A stretch of 64,000 nt of DNA from NCBI RefSeq assembly GCF_006345805.1, contig NC_043004.1, positions 87,482,001-87,546,000 on the forward strand, written 5' to 3'. Positions within the stretch are counted from its first letter, which is position 1, and each line of letters opens with the position of its first letter. Source of the DNA: Octopus sinensis (lineage: Eukaryota). Below, piece after piece: positions 25,883 through 37,581 of the stretch. The translations under genes and the position numbers were made by a program. The notes under the pieces were generated by a model. It ran no database searches. It was not told the DNA's origin and saw nothing but the letters and a program-made list of their open reading frames with translations.

Positions 25883-27379
25883 TTGTAGCATAAACTTGAT
25901 ATAAGAAAGCTGAAGCTAACAAAAGATGACTATAGATAGCTAAGATTTTATGTCCAGTTTTTAAACTCAGCTGATCCATAGCAACATGAAAGAAATTAAA
26001 CTGTTTATAATATGCTGATATTTAGAAAGAAGAATGGCAAATGATAAAGAACTTTCCACTTATAATTTCTAGTAAAGATTAGGGTAAAAGTTTGTCCCCA
26101 TATCCTAACTTTTGACACAGCAACAAGTTAAATGCATAATTTAACCTAACTTCTGTTGCTGCATAGCAACAGAATTGGGTAATAGCCAATATTTTGTAGA
26201 GATTTGATTCATGATGAAATTGTGGATTATATAACTTTAACAAAATTAAATTATGTCAACAAATTAATATAGTAAAAGTTATATATACATAATAAAAGTA
26301 AATGATATACATAATCAAGATGCAGTTTGAGTATTATGAAGATTTATTTAGTGTATATAGGGTTAATAAAATACATAGCTGAAATGTTGCTCAACTGTAT
26401 CCATTCAACAAGCAACAATATTCTTAGTCCATTCCTATGAGATATTTTTATGCATATATTACATATACTGCTTTCAAAAGGAAAAAATAATTTAAAAAAA
26501 AGTGATAACTTTCAAAATATCATTTTTAATCTAATATTTAATAACATATAAGAGAATTTTGGAATTCTATATCAAATGGTCTGTTGCAAAAATAGGAGAA
26601 TTAGTAAAGCTACTGAATAAAATCAATCATAGCAAAAATTAACATTGCAAAGCTTTTATGATAGAATTTTATTGAGGATCCAAACTGAAAGGATTAAAGT
26701 TCAAAGTTCTGTCAAAAGCATACTGGCAGTAACTAGTTGCCAGCTCTCAAAACAAGGATTATCAATTGATTTCTAACAATGGTTTTAGAATCAATCAGAC
26801 AGAAATGCTAACATTATTCCTAGGAATGATGCAATAAAGAATTTTAGAAAATTTAACAGATATCTTTGTGGCAACAAGGTTATTTTTAGATACACTGAAA
26901 TCAGAGGATGTTGGCAGAATACCAATAAAAGTACAACAGAAATTTGATAGACTTTAAAAAAATGACAGAGAATGATAAATAATTTAAGAAGATAATAATT
27001 CATAATAATTTATTATAATAAAGAAAAATTATCAATATAAAAGATATTATAATAAAGAAAAAAATAAAGCTAGAAAAAATTGATGTCCATGATGATAATT
27101 ATGATTAGAAGTAGCCAGTAAGCAGAGGTGAGCAATATTTGGACAATTAAATATTTTTTTTCACAATTTCTCAAAATGGAAAATATAAATAAGCTTTTGT
27201 ATGAGAATTCAAATGATACATAGTAACTGTATATGTTCTACATTATTAGCATTAAGTAGAAATAGGTGTGTTAATGGAAACTGGGTATTTAAGACTGTCA
27301 GCTAATAGGATATAAAAGCATGGTGGATGATATGGGGAGTAGTTATATGTGGAATATGTAATAGTGTTATGTTATTGAG

Positions 27380-27720
27380 GGATTATAGTGGTAAATACAT
27401 GAGACTAAGATAGTACACATAACAAGATTTATGACAGCCCAAGACATCACATGGCATGAATTCAGGAACCCTAGAAGAAATTATGGACCCATTCCACCTC
27501 TCTCCACTATTGTTACTTAATAAAAGTATGTTTTGTTGGCCACAGCAACGAGGCTGAACATCAGGCCAACCAAATGTTATATTTTGGAGACTTTTGAATC
27601 CTAAGAGAGGACAAAGACCACTTAACTAAACTGATGTAATTGGCAAACACATACACTAACATGAAATTGAGGACCTACAAAAGCTAATGGGGGAGAGATT
27701 CTTGGCACAGCATAGTGCAA
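27380..27720 (+). mobile_element. Old RTE-like LINE C-terminal fragment (second family)
   Basis: Frameshifted YGPIPPLSTIV, FVGH, FW, RPL, EDLQKLM...DSW..IV, resembling the RTE ORF end (ELYG.LP.LS..I..RR..FAGH...W...RP.....DL...M.DR..W). Confidence 0.55.
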
Positions 27721-28543
27721 TGCTTTTCTGTTAATGGTTGCTTGAAGTGGTCTAGGAGCATATATTTATAACAACATGCTGTATATTGCTATATGCAGAA
27801 GTAAACTGCAGTATTTCTATAGTCATGATCTATTTATAGAGCAATGAGAGTTGATTAGATCATCAACATTATTATTGTATATTAATGAATATATGAGCAT
27901 CAAACCATAATAATGACTCATAATTTCCAACTCAATCTAAGACAATGAAATTACTAGAGTTATTATATAGGGTTATTGAATAAGTTTTCACACAGTCAAT
28001 ATCTCAATACCAATGAAGTTTCTCTTGAATTAGTTACAGCAAACTCTCTTTCCACACTAATCACCATATTGTATCGTGATATGGCAAATTATTTTGAAAT
28101 ACAGGCTTCAACAAGAAACAAAAAGCAATTGAAATAAATTTGCTGAAGCTTAGCAGAAAATTATTTTTATAATTTTTCATCATTTTTATTGACCCTTTAT
28201 GAAACAACTACCTGTTTAATAATAAACCATGGGTTTTTTGTATTTTTATGTGTTTTTGCTTGTGTACAATTATGGAAGCTTATCTGTTCAATGTTATCTC
28301 TAAATGGATTCTAGGTCCTATTTGTTCAAACAGGTTTCTGAAACTACATTTCGAGATCTATTTTTTTCTAGTATTTAAAACGTATTTTTCTTTTATTTAA
28401 GATGGTATTTTGACTATAAACATTATAAAAGTAAATTTTTTAGGTCACAATGATTGCAAGAAAAAAAAATGGATAAATCATTCACTTTAAATTATTAGGT
28501 TATACACAATCTGAATGCTAGAGAACAGACGTGTGTGTGTGTT

Positions 28544-28588
<45 letters not shown>

Positions 28589-29266
28589 CAAACATAATGA
28601 TGCTTTTGGACATATGAAACCAATCTCTAATCCAGAGATGCAACTCCAAACCATGCTTAAGAGTTGGATTTAGTTTGAGTGGCATTTTTCTCCTATACAA
28701 TGGATGTATATTTGCCTGTCAGAGCCAAGCAAATTAAATTTCTATACAAATTTTTTGACCAGACTGATAAAATCCATTTCTTATGCACCTGAATGCAAGT
28801 ATGATAGATTTTTAGTTTTTCAGAGAAATGTATAGTTTTTATTGCAACAGGTCATGCAAGCCCAAATTAATTTAGTCAATTTTGATGGTAGTGACACAAC
28901 TTTGTATAGTATTTCTGCTGAATGTTGTTCAAAATACACCAATACAATCTTTTTGGAGTTCTTCATCACCAATGAAGTTTTTCTCAAAAATGCTAAGAGT
29001 AAAAGATGTTTTATATGACACATTCTACCAGTGTCTGAAGTTTGAAAGTGTTTAGTAACAAAAAATTATTTTTTAAATCTGCAGGTCAAAAGGTAAAGAT
29101 GCGAAGCAGTCAGTAAGCATCCATCTCCAGTAACTATGACTCCAAAATTTCATGTCACAATTTTTGATTACATCATTGATAAGCTTTTTCCTTTATCCAT
29201 GACAACAAGTCTTAGGATGATATAATCAAACAGTTATTAATAGTTAGTCTTGCTAAAGAGTATAAT

Positions 29267-29875
29267 ATCGGTTTTAAATTTTGGTACAAGGCCAGCAAGT
29301 TTGGGGGAGCGATTAAGTCAATTCCATCACTTGGTATTTATTTTATTGACCCTGAAAGGATGAAAGGCAAAAATCAACCTTGACAGAATTTGAACCCTGA
29401 ACACAAAGACAGACAAAATGCCGCTAAGCATTTTGCTTGATATCATTTTTTTTCTTTTTTACTTGTTTCAGTCATTTGACTGTGGCCATGCTGGAGCACC
29501 ACCTTTAGCTGAGCAAATCGACCCCAGGACTTATTCTTTGGAAGCCTAGTACTTATTCTATCGGTCTCTTTTGCTGAACCTCTAAGTTACAGGGATATAA
29601 ACACACCAGCATCAGTTGTTAAGCGATGTTGGGAGGACAAACACAGACACACAAACATATACACCCACATACATACATATATATATATACATATATACGA
29701 CGGGATTCTTTCAGTTTCTGTCTACCAAATCCACTCCAGAGGCTATAGTAGAAGACACTTTCCCAAGGTGCCACGCAGTGTAAATGAACCCAGAACCATG
29801 TGGTTGGTAAGCAAGCTACTTACCACACAGCCACTTCTGCACCTATGCTTATAATTCTGCAAGCTCACCACCTTA
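29267..29875 (-). mobile_element. SINE type C interrupted by a nested full-length SINE type A (~29450-29845)
   Basis: Type C tail and core at 29267-29440; its head resumes at ~29850-29875. A 14-bp target-site duplication CTAAAGAGTATAAT lies at 29253-29266 and 29876-29889. Confidence 0.9.
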
Positions 29876-30896
29876 CTAAAGAGTATAATTGTGACTACTA
29901 ATTTATATACTTTTCCAAAAAGTTCTTCAAGTGAGTGCTGTTGATTTTTGTAGCTTTAGTAATGTTGTCGATAATTGTAGTAGGCTAATTAAAATTTTCA
30001 TGTTTAAACATACATAATTTAAGAGTAAAAAAAGTTATTTATATACAATTTGAAATTTAAGTAATGATTAAATAAGCAGAAATAACATTTGATTAGCAGT
30101 ATACTCTTGACACCACTGTGTATGTGTATGTGTGTGTATATATATGTATATATATATATGAGAGAGAGAGAGAAAGAGAACATTTTCTTTCTCTAATAAA
30201 CTAAGCTGGGAGAGAATAACACAATGAAGATCCACTAAGTCATTGTTCCTTTGATAACCATAAACAAAATAAAAGAAGAAAAATAAGTATCTTTTCCAAA
30301 ATAATTTAAGATCTATAATTTTATGAAATCATACTTCAGAGAGGGTTATGTAAATAAGAGAAAAGTTACAAAAGTTACTCAACATTACTAAGGCTTTTCA
30401 ATCTGTTATCACATGAAGATCATTAAAGATCCACATTTAATTAGCTATAGTTTGTGATTGAAGTCTAATTTATTATCATATTTAATTATTAGGTTCAATT
30501 TATTGTAGCATAATTAATAAATTCTGTTAGCTAGTTCAAATTTATTTTCTAGTTGTTTGTATTTCAAACAGATAAATAACATTATATAAGTGAGACAAGT
30601 TGGCAGAATGTAGAAGTAATGGCCCAAACACAGAACTGGTTGTTTATCAAACTTTAAGGTAGTAGTCAGCTACAGGTGGACCATTGAGGTGTTCATTAGG
30701 GGCCTCAGAGCTTCTATAAACAATTTTTCAAATTTAATCTATTTGTGAATCTTTGAATGAAGGCCTTTAAATAGCTGATTTGTTTAATTACTGCATACTA
30801 AGCAGTGCCAGTGATAGGAACGGCGAGGGGAATACTCAGGAATATTTCTAAGTGTAAGATACATTATAATATGGGTAAATTTTTCATTTTTTAAAA

Positions 30897-31300
30897 TCTT
30901 ACTTGTTTCAGTTATTTTACTGTGGCCATGACAGGAGAGCACCTTGAATGGTTTTAGTGAAACAAATGCCACCCCTCCCTACCTAGCACTTATGATTTTT
31001 TAAAGTCTAGTACTGATTCTATTGGTCTCTTTTGATGAACCACAGATTACATGGATGTAAAGAAACCAACACCGGTTTTCAAGTAGTGGGGGTGGAGTGA
31101 TAATATGGATAGAAAGACAAACATACAAAATCATATATATTTATATACATGACAGGCTTCCATATAATTTCCATCTACAAAATTCACTCACAAGGCAATG
31201 ATCAGCCCAGGGCTTTAGAAGAAGACATTTGCCCAAGGTGCCATGCAGTGAGACCGAACCTGAAACTACATGGTTGCAAAGTGCGCTTCTTAACCACACA
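30897..31300 (-). mobile_element. SINE type A, diverged
   Basis: Tail-to-head match to the type A consensus. Confidence 0.85.
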
Positions 31301-31914
31301 TTAGATCATTACAAAAAGTTACTGAACCCTGTTCTAATGCAAAGCACATTATACAATAAAAAAAGTGAGATGAGCAAATGGATAAGATGCAATATTTCGT
31401 TCCTACTCATAAGTCATGACTTCAAATTGACTGTCAGTGCTTCAATTCAGAGAAGAATGACATATTTTGCATTACTTCAGTTTACCTAGCTGCCAGAAAT
31501 GGGTACCAGATCATCTGGAAATATTTTCTGCAATAGCATCCAAAAGAAGATGTATTTCTGATCTGCTTCATTACATGAAACTGGAACCAAGAACATTTAT
31601 ATTTACATTACTCACATATCACCACCTAACTGTAAGGGGGGAAACTGATATTAATGTTGGCAAAGAAGTAGATGTTAAATAGTAGATCCAGGAATGAAAA
31701 AATGCTTAATGTTCAATCCATTTGAGACATTTATAAGCCATGTATGTTACCTATAAGCATATTAAAACATGACTGTGAAAACTTTAATGGATAAATAAGA
31801 AATTAGGACAACAAAGACAAGTTAGTGTTAGGAAGTAAATGAGGAGTGTATTAAATAATTGTTACATATGTACAGACATATATTCATGTGTGTGTGTGTT
31901 CGTGTGTGTGCATT

Positions 31915-32345
31915 GTGTGTTTAGAAAGCTTACTTCTTAACTATGCAGTCTTGGATTCAATCCCACTGTATGGCACCTTGGATAAGTGTCTTCTACTATA
32001 CCCTGTTAATGGATTTGGCAGATAGAAACTAGAAGAAACCCATCATACACACACATACACACACACCCATGTATGTATGTATATGTGAGTGCCTGTATGT
32101 ATTGTTGTCTTGACATCATGTGATGGTTACAAACAAGCGTCATCATCATCATATCATCATACAGCTGTATTTTTAGCATTCTAAAAAAAATATATCTGGC
32201 TATGGGGAAATATTACCTTATCTGGGAAAAGGTAAGGGTTAGTAATAGGAAGGGTATCCAGCTGTATAAAAACCTACCCCAACAAAATTCTGTCTGACCT
32301 ATCCTAGCATTGATAGGTAAATGTCAAAACAATGGTAATGATGAT
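31915..32345 (+). mobile_element. SINE type B
   Basis: Type A/B head followed by the GGGTTAGTAATAGGAAGGGTATCCAGCTGTA body and the RTE-like tail. Confidence 0.8.
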
Positions 32346-35046
32346 ATATATTAGGACCCAAACTTATTGAACATTATCATATGTGCTCAGACTTCGCTAC
32401 ACCCAAAATGTTCAGTTTGCTCAGTAGCTTTATTTTTGCTTTCAGTGATAGGATTACATCTTGTTTAGATCTCATATTTGCATAGATTCTAACCGAAGAA
32501 AATCAAATGTAAATTTTAGACTGATTAATCAAATGAAATCTCAGCTATCTTTATTAGGATGCAGATATGAAACTGCTTTATTCAGCTTCGGTCATTGGAC
32601 TATGGATCTGCTAGCATACCAATTTCAAGGGTATCGTCAATTGCATTGATCCCAGTATTTATAGACTGTTGTTTATTTGAACAACTTTGGAATAGCAGGA
32701 TTTGAACTTGGGATATAAACAAATACCACAGACTCTTCTGTTTATGCTCAACTGATTCTGCTATTTCATATTTCCTTTATAATTGCTAAAATCGAATTAT
32801 GACAATTTTATTTAAAAGAACTTGTTAATATTATAATTTTAGTTAATAATCAAGTGCCTATTTTAAGCCAAGTTATAACAAAGATTTCAAATTTTAGCAC
32901 AATGCCAGTAATTTTGGGGTATGGGGTAAGTCAACTAGATCAACCCATGATCAACTGGTACTTATTTTATTGATCCTGAAAGGATGAAAGGTAAAGTCGA
33001 CAATCTCAGAATATAGACAGACAAAATGGCGATAAACAGTTTGTCGAGCTTTCTAATGATTCTGCCAGTTCACTGCCTTGTGCCTGGTTATAATAACAAA
33101 GGATATTTTTATATAATGTCTGTAGAATGTATCTTATCTATTGTTCAGGAGAATTATAATGTGTAACCATATACAAACACACACACACTCTGAAGTAGCA
33201 AATGAAGCACTGTGCTGTATATATTCATCAATTCTATTCAGAAAGTGTATATTTGCCACGTTGTTGTCTTATATGAACTTCAATATCTGTGTTTGTTCCA
33301 GACAACCAAGTGTTTTCATTATGGCTTACACACTCTTCCAAACTTGAATATTCAAGAGCTCATTTTAAATTGATAAAACTCACATACATATGAAAACAAA
33401 GCTGACATTATAAAAACAAATTAAAAACATACAAGATTAATTAATACTTGTTCAAACAGGTGGAGAAGTTGTTAGATTACATCGAATATTGATACAAAAT
33501 TATAAATATATTGATGTTTACAATTGAGATAAGGCTATTCATTTATAAGTGAAACAAAGTAGTCATGCTGAATGCTGAAGACAAATAATCAAGGAAATTA
33601 CAAGAGCAGAATTGCAGGAAAAATACTTTTTAATAATGAAAATCCCTGAATTCTTATTGTCAGACTGAATGTCCCTATCATAATTTAAGTTTAAGCACAC
33701 TGGACAAAATAAATTTCATTTTGTCTACCTTTACATTTTGAGTTCAAATTCTGCCAAGGTAGACTTTGCCTTTTGTTATTTCAGTGTTGAAATAATTACC
33801 AGTTGAGCACTGGATTTGATGCCATCAACTAGCCTCTTTCCTCCAATTTCAGGTCTTGTGTCTATAGTAAAAAGGATTGTTTAGGTCTAAGTGAGCAGAT
33901 TTATTATAAAAGGAATTCCAGCTCCAGTATCCTGGACTAAGCTATACAGATTATATGGCATGTTAATCTGATCTGAGCCTTAAGGGTCTTCTTTTCAATG
34001 TATGTGGAGTTAGCTCTGTCTAGGATAGTGAGATAAGAGACATAGTACTGCCAGCAAATTTGCATTACGAGAGTAGTTGCAAAATTACTCAAGCTTTTTA
34101 TAATAGGAAGCATAAACAATATATTCATACAGTAATAATAAATGTAACAGAACAACATAAACAAATGCAATTTTAAGGATAAAGGAAGTGTTTGATACAG
34201 GGTCTAAAGCACAAGGTTTTATATTGGTGTTGGCAGTAAGAGAGAGAGGGGGAGAGAAGTAAATGAGACAGAGTTTAATTATGGCATAGAGAAAATTCTG
34301 AAGCACAGCAGATGTGTTCTACTATTTTTTGCTAATAGTAAAAGTTGTGAAATGAGAATGCATTTTGATGGAAGATCATCAAACTGGAAAAAATTTGGAA
34401 TAGTTGATTTTCCTCTTAGAAAATTGAATTTTAGATCACACACATGAAACTAAAAGAGATAGACATAGTAATCCACATATGGGAGAAGTATTACATAGTA
34501 GTATGCCTTTGGGTTTAGTTGATAATTGCTCAGGGTTAAAATACATATTTTTAGATATGAAAAGAATCTGCTTATGAAATTAAAAGGATCACTCATGGGA
34601 TTAACTGAAGATGCTATGTTCAACTCACAGAGGAATTACTTGTAGACTCTATTTTCTACTTCTCTACATTTTAATGACTCCCTTTCTTTGGTCTTTGCAC
34701 TAAACAACATGCACAACTCTTTTTTTCCCTTCCAAGACTGACTCATTCTAGAACTTCCTTTTTAAAATATGCTTCTTTATTTTTAACCTTTCCAAAGCCT
34801 TTAATTGAACTTAAAAAACAGAAGTCATTAAAATGAAAGAATTGAAAGCAGAACATCAAGCTGACACATTGCTATGGAAATATTCACTTGATAGAAAATA
34901 GCGTTTATTTTAATACAAGATAATTAAAGCACACATTTTCTAAATTGAATTTATTTATTTATTTATTTAGTTCTTGATATTAGGTAGAAATATAAGTTGA
35001 GTTTAAAACAAACCAGCCATACATTATTTTACATATAAAATACAAT

Positions 35047-35433
35047 TACATGGATTTGGGTTCAGTCCCCATTGTGAAGCACCTTGTGTAGGTATCTTCT
35101 ACTACTGCTCTGGGCTGACTAAAGTCTTGTGAGTGGATTTGGTAGAGTGGAAATTGAAAGAAGACCATCATGTGTGTGTTTGTATGAGTGTATATATGTT
35201 TGTTTCTCCTTGTATTGACACTGTGTGATAGTTGTAAATGACCATTGTCATACAAGCAGTGTCATTAATTTTCAATGTTATGTGAAAACATATCTGATTA
35301 AGAAGAAATATTTTGCTTGGAAGCTGATGAGTGGTGGTGATAGGAAAGGTATCTTTTTGTAGAAAATTTGCCTCATTAAACTCTCTCCAACCCATGCAAA
35401 CATAGAAGAATAGATGCTAAAATGATGACAATA
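35047..35433 (+). mobile_element. SINE type B, 5'-eroded
   Basis: GGGTTCAGTCCC head, type B body and ACCCATGCAAACAT...AAAATGATGA tail. Confidence 0.8.
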
Positions 35434-35972
35434 AAGATTAGTTACTGTTACTGATCAGCTGCTATTGACTTTAGTTGACCAGGCTTATGGTAAACTGTTT
35501 TCAGATTCAGGCATTTCAAAATTTGGTTCCCATTTTAAAAAAAGTTAAGGTTTCAAACAGGAATAGTTAGGGGTTGTTGAAGGAGTATTTAACAGTTACA
35601 TAACCATGTAGATGTCTACCTCAATATATGTTGAAAAATGGCTGATTTACATTGGGTAAAATTAAAGTCATGGATAAGTAAGTAGCCAACACTTTCCCCC
35701 AAAAATATATATATAGGAACAAAGAGATTTAGTGAGATGGAACTGCTCTAAGAACATTAGGTCATCATAGAAGAAATAGCATTGAACAGTGATACACTAA
35801 AATGATATTTTTGCCTATTTGGTCAGAGTAAGTCAGCACAGAAAATTGACATCCAAACATTGTTCATGCTGATGATGATGATAATGGTGTAGTGTGGTAA
35901 TGATAATAATGATGATGATAATCATCATATATTATCTAAGACAACATCCAAATATAGAACTAATAATCTTAC

Positions 35973-36141
35973 CCAAAATTTTGAGGAAGTGTTAGGAGAT
36001 CTCCGACACCAAAATAGTCCACACCACTTGGTTTTGATAAGTCATCTAAATCCATTTGTTGGTAAATGGCACCTGAGAGATCCCTTTTATCACATATTAG
36101 AGGATGGAAAGGCATCAGTGATGGCTTGGTCAGCCGCATCA
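35973..36141 (-). CDS. TRAPPC13: TRAPPC13 (trafficking protein particle complex subunit 13) internal coding exon, probably coding exon 2, 169 nt
   Basis: Translates as (V)MRLTKPSLMPFHPLICDKRDLSGAIYQQMDLDDLSKPSGVDYFGVGDLLTLPQNF(G). This is colinear without gaps with the TRAPPC13 N-terminus as I recall it (VMRLTKPTL...C...DL...GEMLTLPQNFG). Acceptor gttttttAG|TG (phase 1) follows a T-rich tract; donor GG|GTAAG (phase 2). Confidence 0.96.
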
Positions 36142-36748
36142 CTAAAAAACAAAACAAAGAAAAACAATTGTAAAGCAGTACAAAATAATACATTAGTAAA
36201 TGAAGTAGCAATTAAATTAAAGTCACTAAATATTAAATAAAACAGTTGGTCTGTGAAGCTAGAAGGAAGAAATATTATTTTCATTAATAATTGAGAAGTT
36301 GAGATGCTAAACAACTGAGAGGGTTGGTAAAGGTTGCCAGAGTGCAATCTATTCACCTTCACTATAAGGAGAAATTAAATATAGTGTCATCATCTCAAAA
36401 CATAAATTCATGGTTACAAAGATTGCCACAATTGGGATATTATATGTGACTTACCAAGTTATAATTGCACCAACCCTATACGCAAATTGCTTCAACAAAG
36501 ATGCCTTGATAATATAGAATTATGATTTGAAACGAGAAAAAACAATGCATTATTGTGAATTCATGGAAATAAAAAGAAAAAAAAAAGCTAATGAGTAAAA
36601 TTTGCAACTCTAGAACAGAAGAATGCTGGAATAATTATTTTATGGTATAAAAACATTTTGCTACTGAATTTGTTTAGGAGCAAATTGAGTCTACAGTGAT
36701 AGCATTTACCAAATACAATTTCATTGGCTCTTAAATATTTCACACATT

Positions 36749-36822
36749 GGAGAGAGAGAGAGAGAGAGAGAGAAAGAGGGGGAGAGAGAGAGAAAGAGGG
36801 GGAGAGAGAGAGAAAGAGAGAG
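36749..36822 (+). repeat. (GA)n polypurine tract
   Basis: Direct reading. Confidence 0.95.
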
Positions 36823-36950
36823 ATGAGATGAGATAGTCTAAAAAGAGAACTTTTACACTGTTGCATGAATTGTTAGAAATAATGGCCAAATCTTCCTGAC
36901 ATTATATCATAACATGCTAGTTAAAAGAAAAAAGGTTCATTTGTTGTAAC

Positions 36951-37581
36951 TTAACCCTTTAGCTTTTTCACATTCGTATTATTTTGTCAAATGTAATGCT
37001 TATTTATTCATATTGTTTTGAATTAAACATGCATTATTTCACAGCTTTGAGATTTCAATATTTACTCTTTACTCTTTACTCTTTTACTTGTTTCAGTCAT
37101 TTGACTGTGGCCATGCTGGAGCACCGCCTTTAGTCGAGCAAATCGACCCCGGGACTTATTCTTTGTAAGCCCAGTACTTATTCTATCGGTCTCTTTTGCC
37201 GAACCGCTAAGTGACAGGGACGTAAACACATAAGCATCGGTTGTCAAGCAATGCTAGGGGGGACAAACACAGACATACATATATATATATACATATATAC
37301 GACAGGCTTCTTTCAGTTTCCGTCTACCAAATCCACTCACAAGGCATTGGTCAGCCCGGGGCTATAGCAGAAGACACTTGCCCAAGATGCCACGCAGTGG
37401 GACTGAACCCGGAACCATGTGGTTGGTTAGCAAGCCACACAGCCACTCCTGCACCTATAGTTGTTTATTTTTGGAAATGACATTGTAGGTCAGGTGTGAG
37501 AGGCAGAATCTAGTTGGTTTGAACAAAAAACAGATAGAATATTTTGTTTGCATATGGCCAGTTTAAATGCTGAAGGGTTAA
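36951..37581. mobile_element. TTAA-flanked piggyBac-like MITE carrying a nested young SINE type A
   Basis: TTAACCCTTTAGC ... GCTGAAGGGTTAA termini. With the SINE removed, the internal sequence is the reverse complement of the uninterrupted copy at 59308-59530. Confidence 0.85.
37062..37456 (-). mobile_element. Young SINE type A
   Basis: Near-consensus copy with CpGs retained and a (GAGTAAA)n tail, seen as TTTACTC x3 on the plus strand. Confidence 0.93.

Larger units (their letters stand above)
21620..35972 (-). other. TRAPPC13: TRAPPC13 phase-2 GT-AG intron, 14,353 nt
   Basis: Bounded by the GTAAG donor at 35972 and the ttcAG acceptor at 21620. The exon phases are compatible and the protein is continuous across the junction (QNFG-NIFLG). 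Confidence 0.92.

Noticed and set aside
29085-29112. Plus-strand micro-exon-like segment (tgcAG|GTCAAAAGG...CAGTCA|GTAAGC, SKGKDAKQS)
   Set aside because: Only 28 nt, no partner exons and no recognisable protein; such sites are expected by chance.
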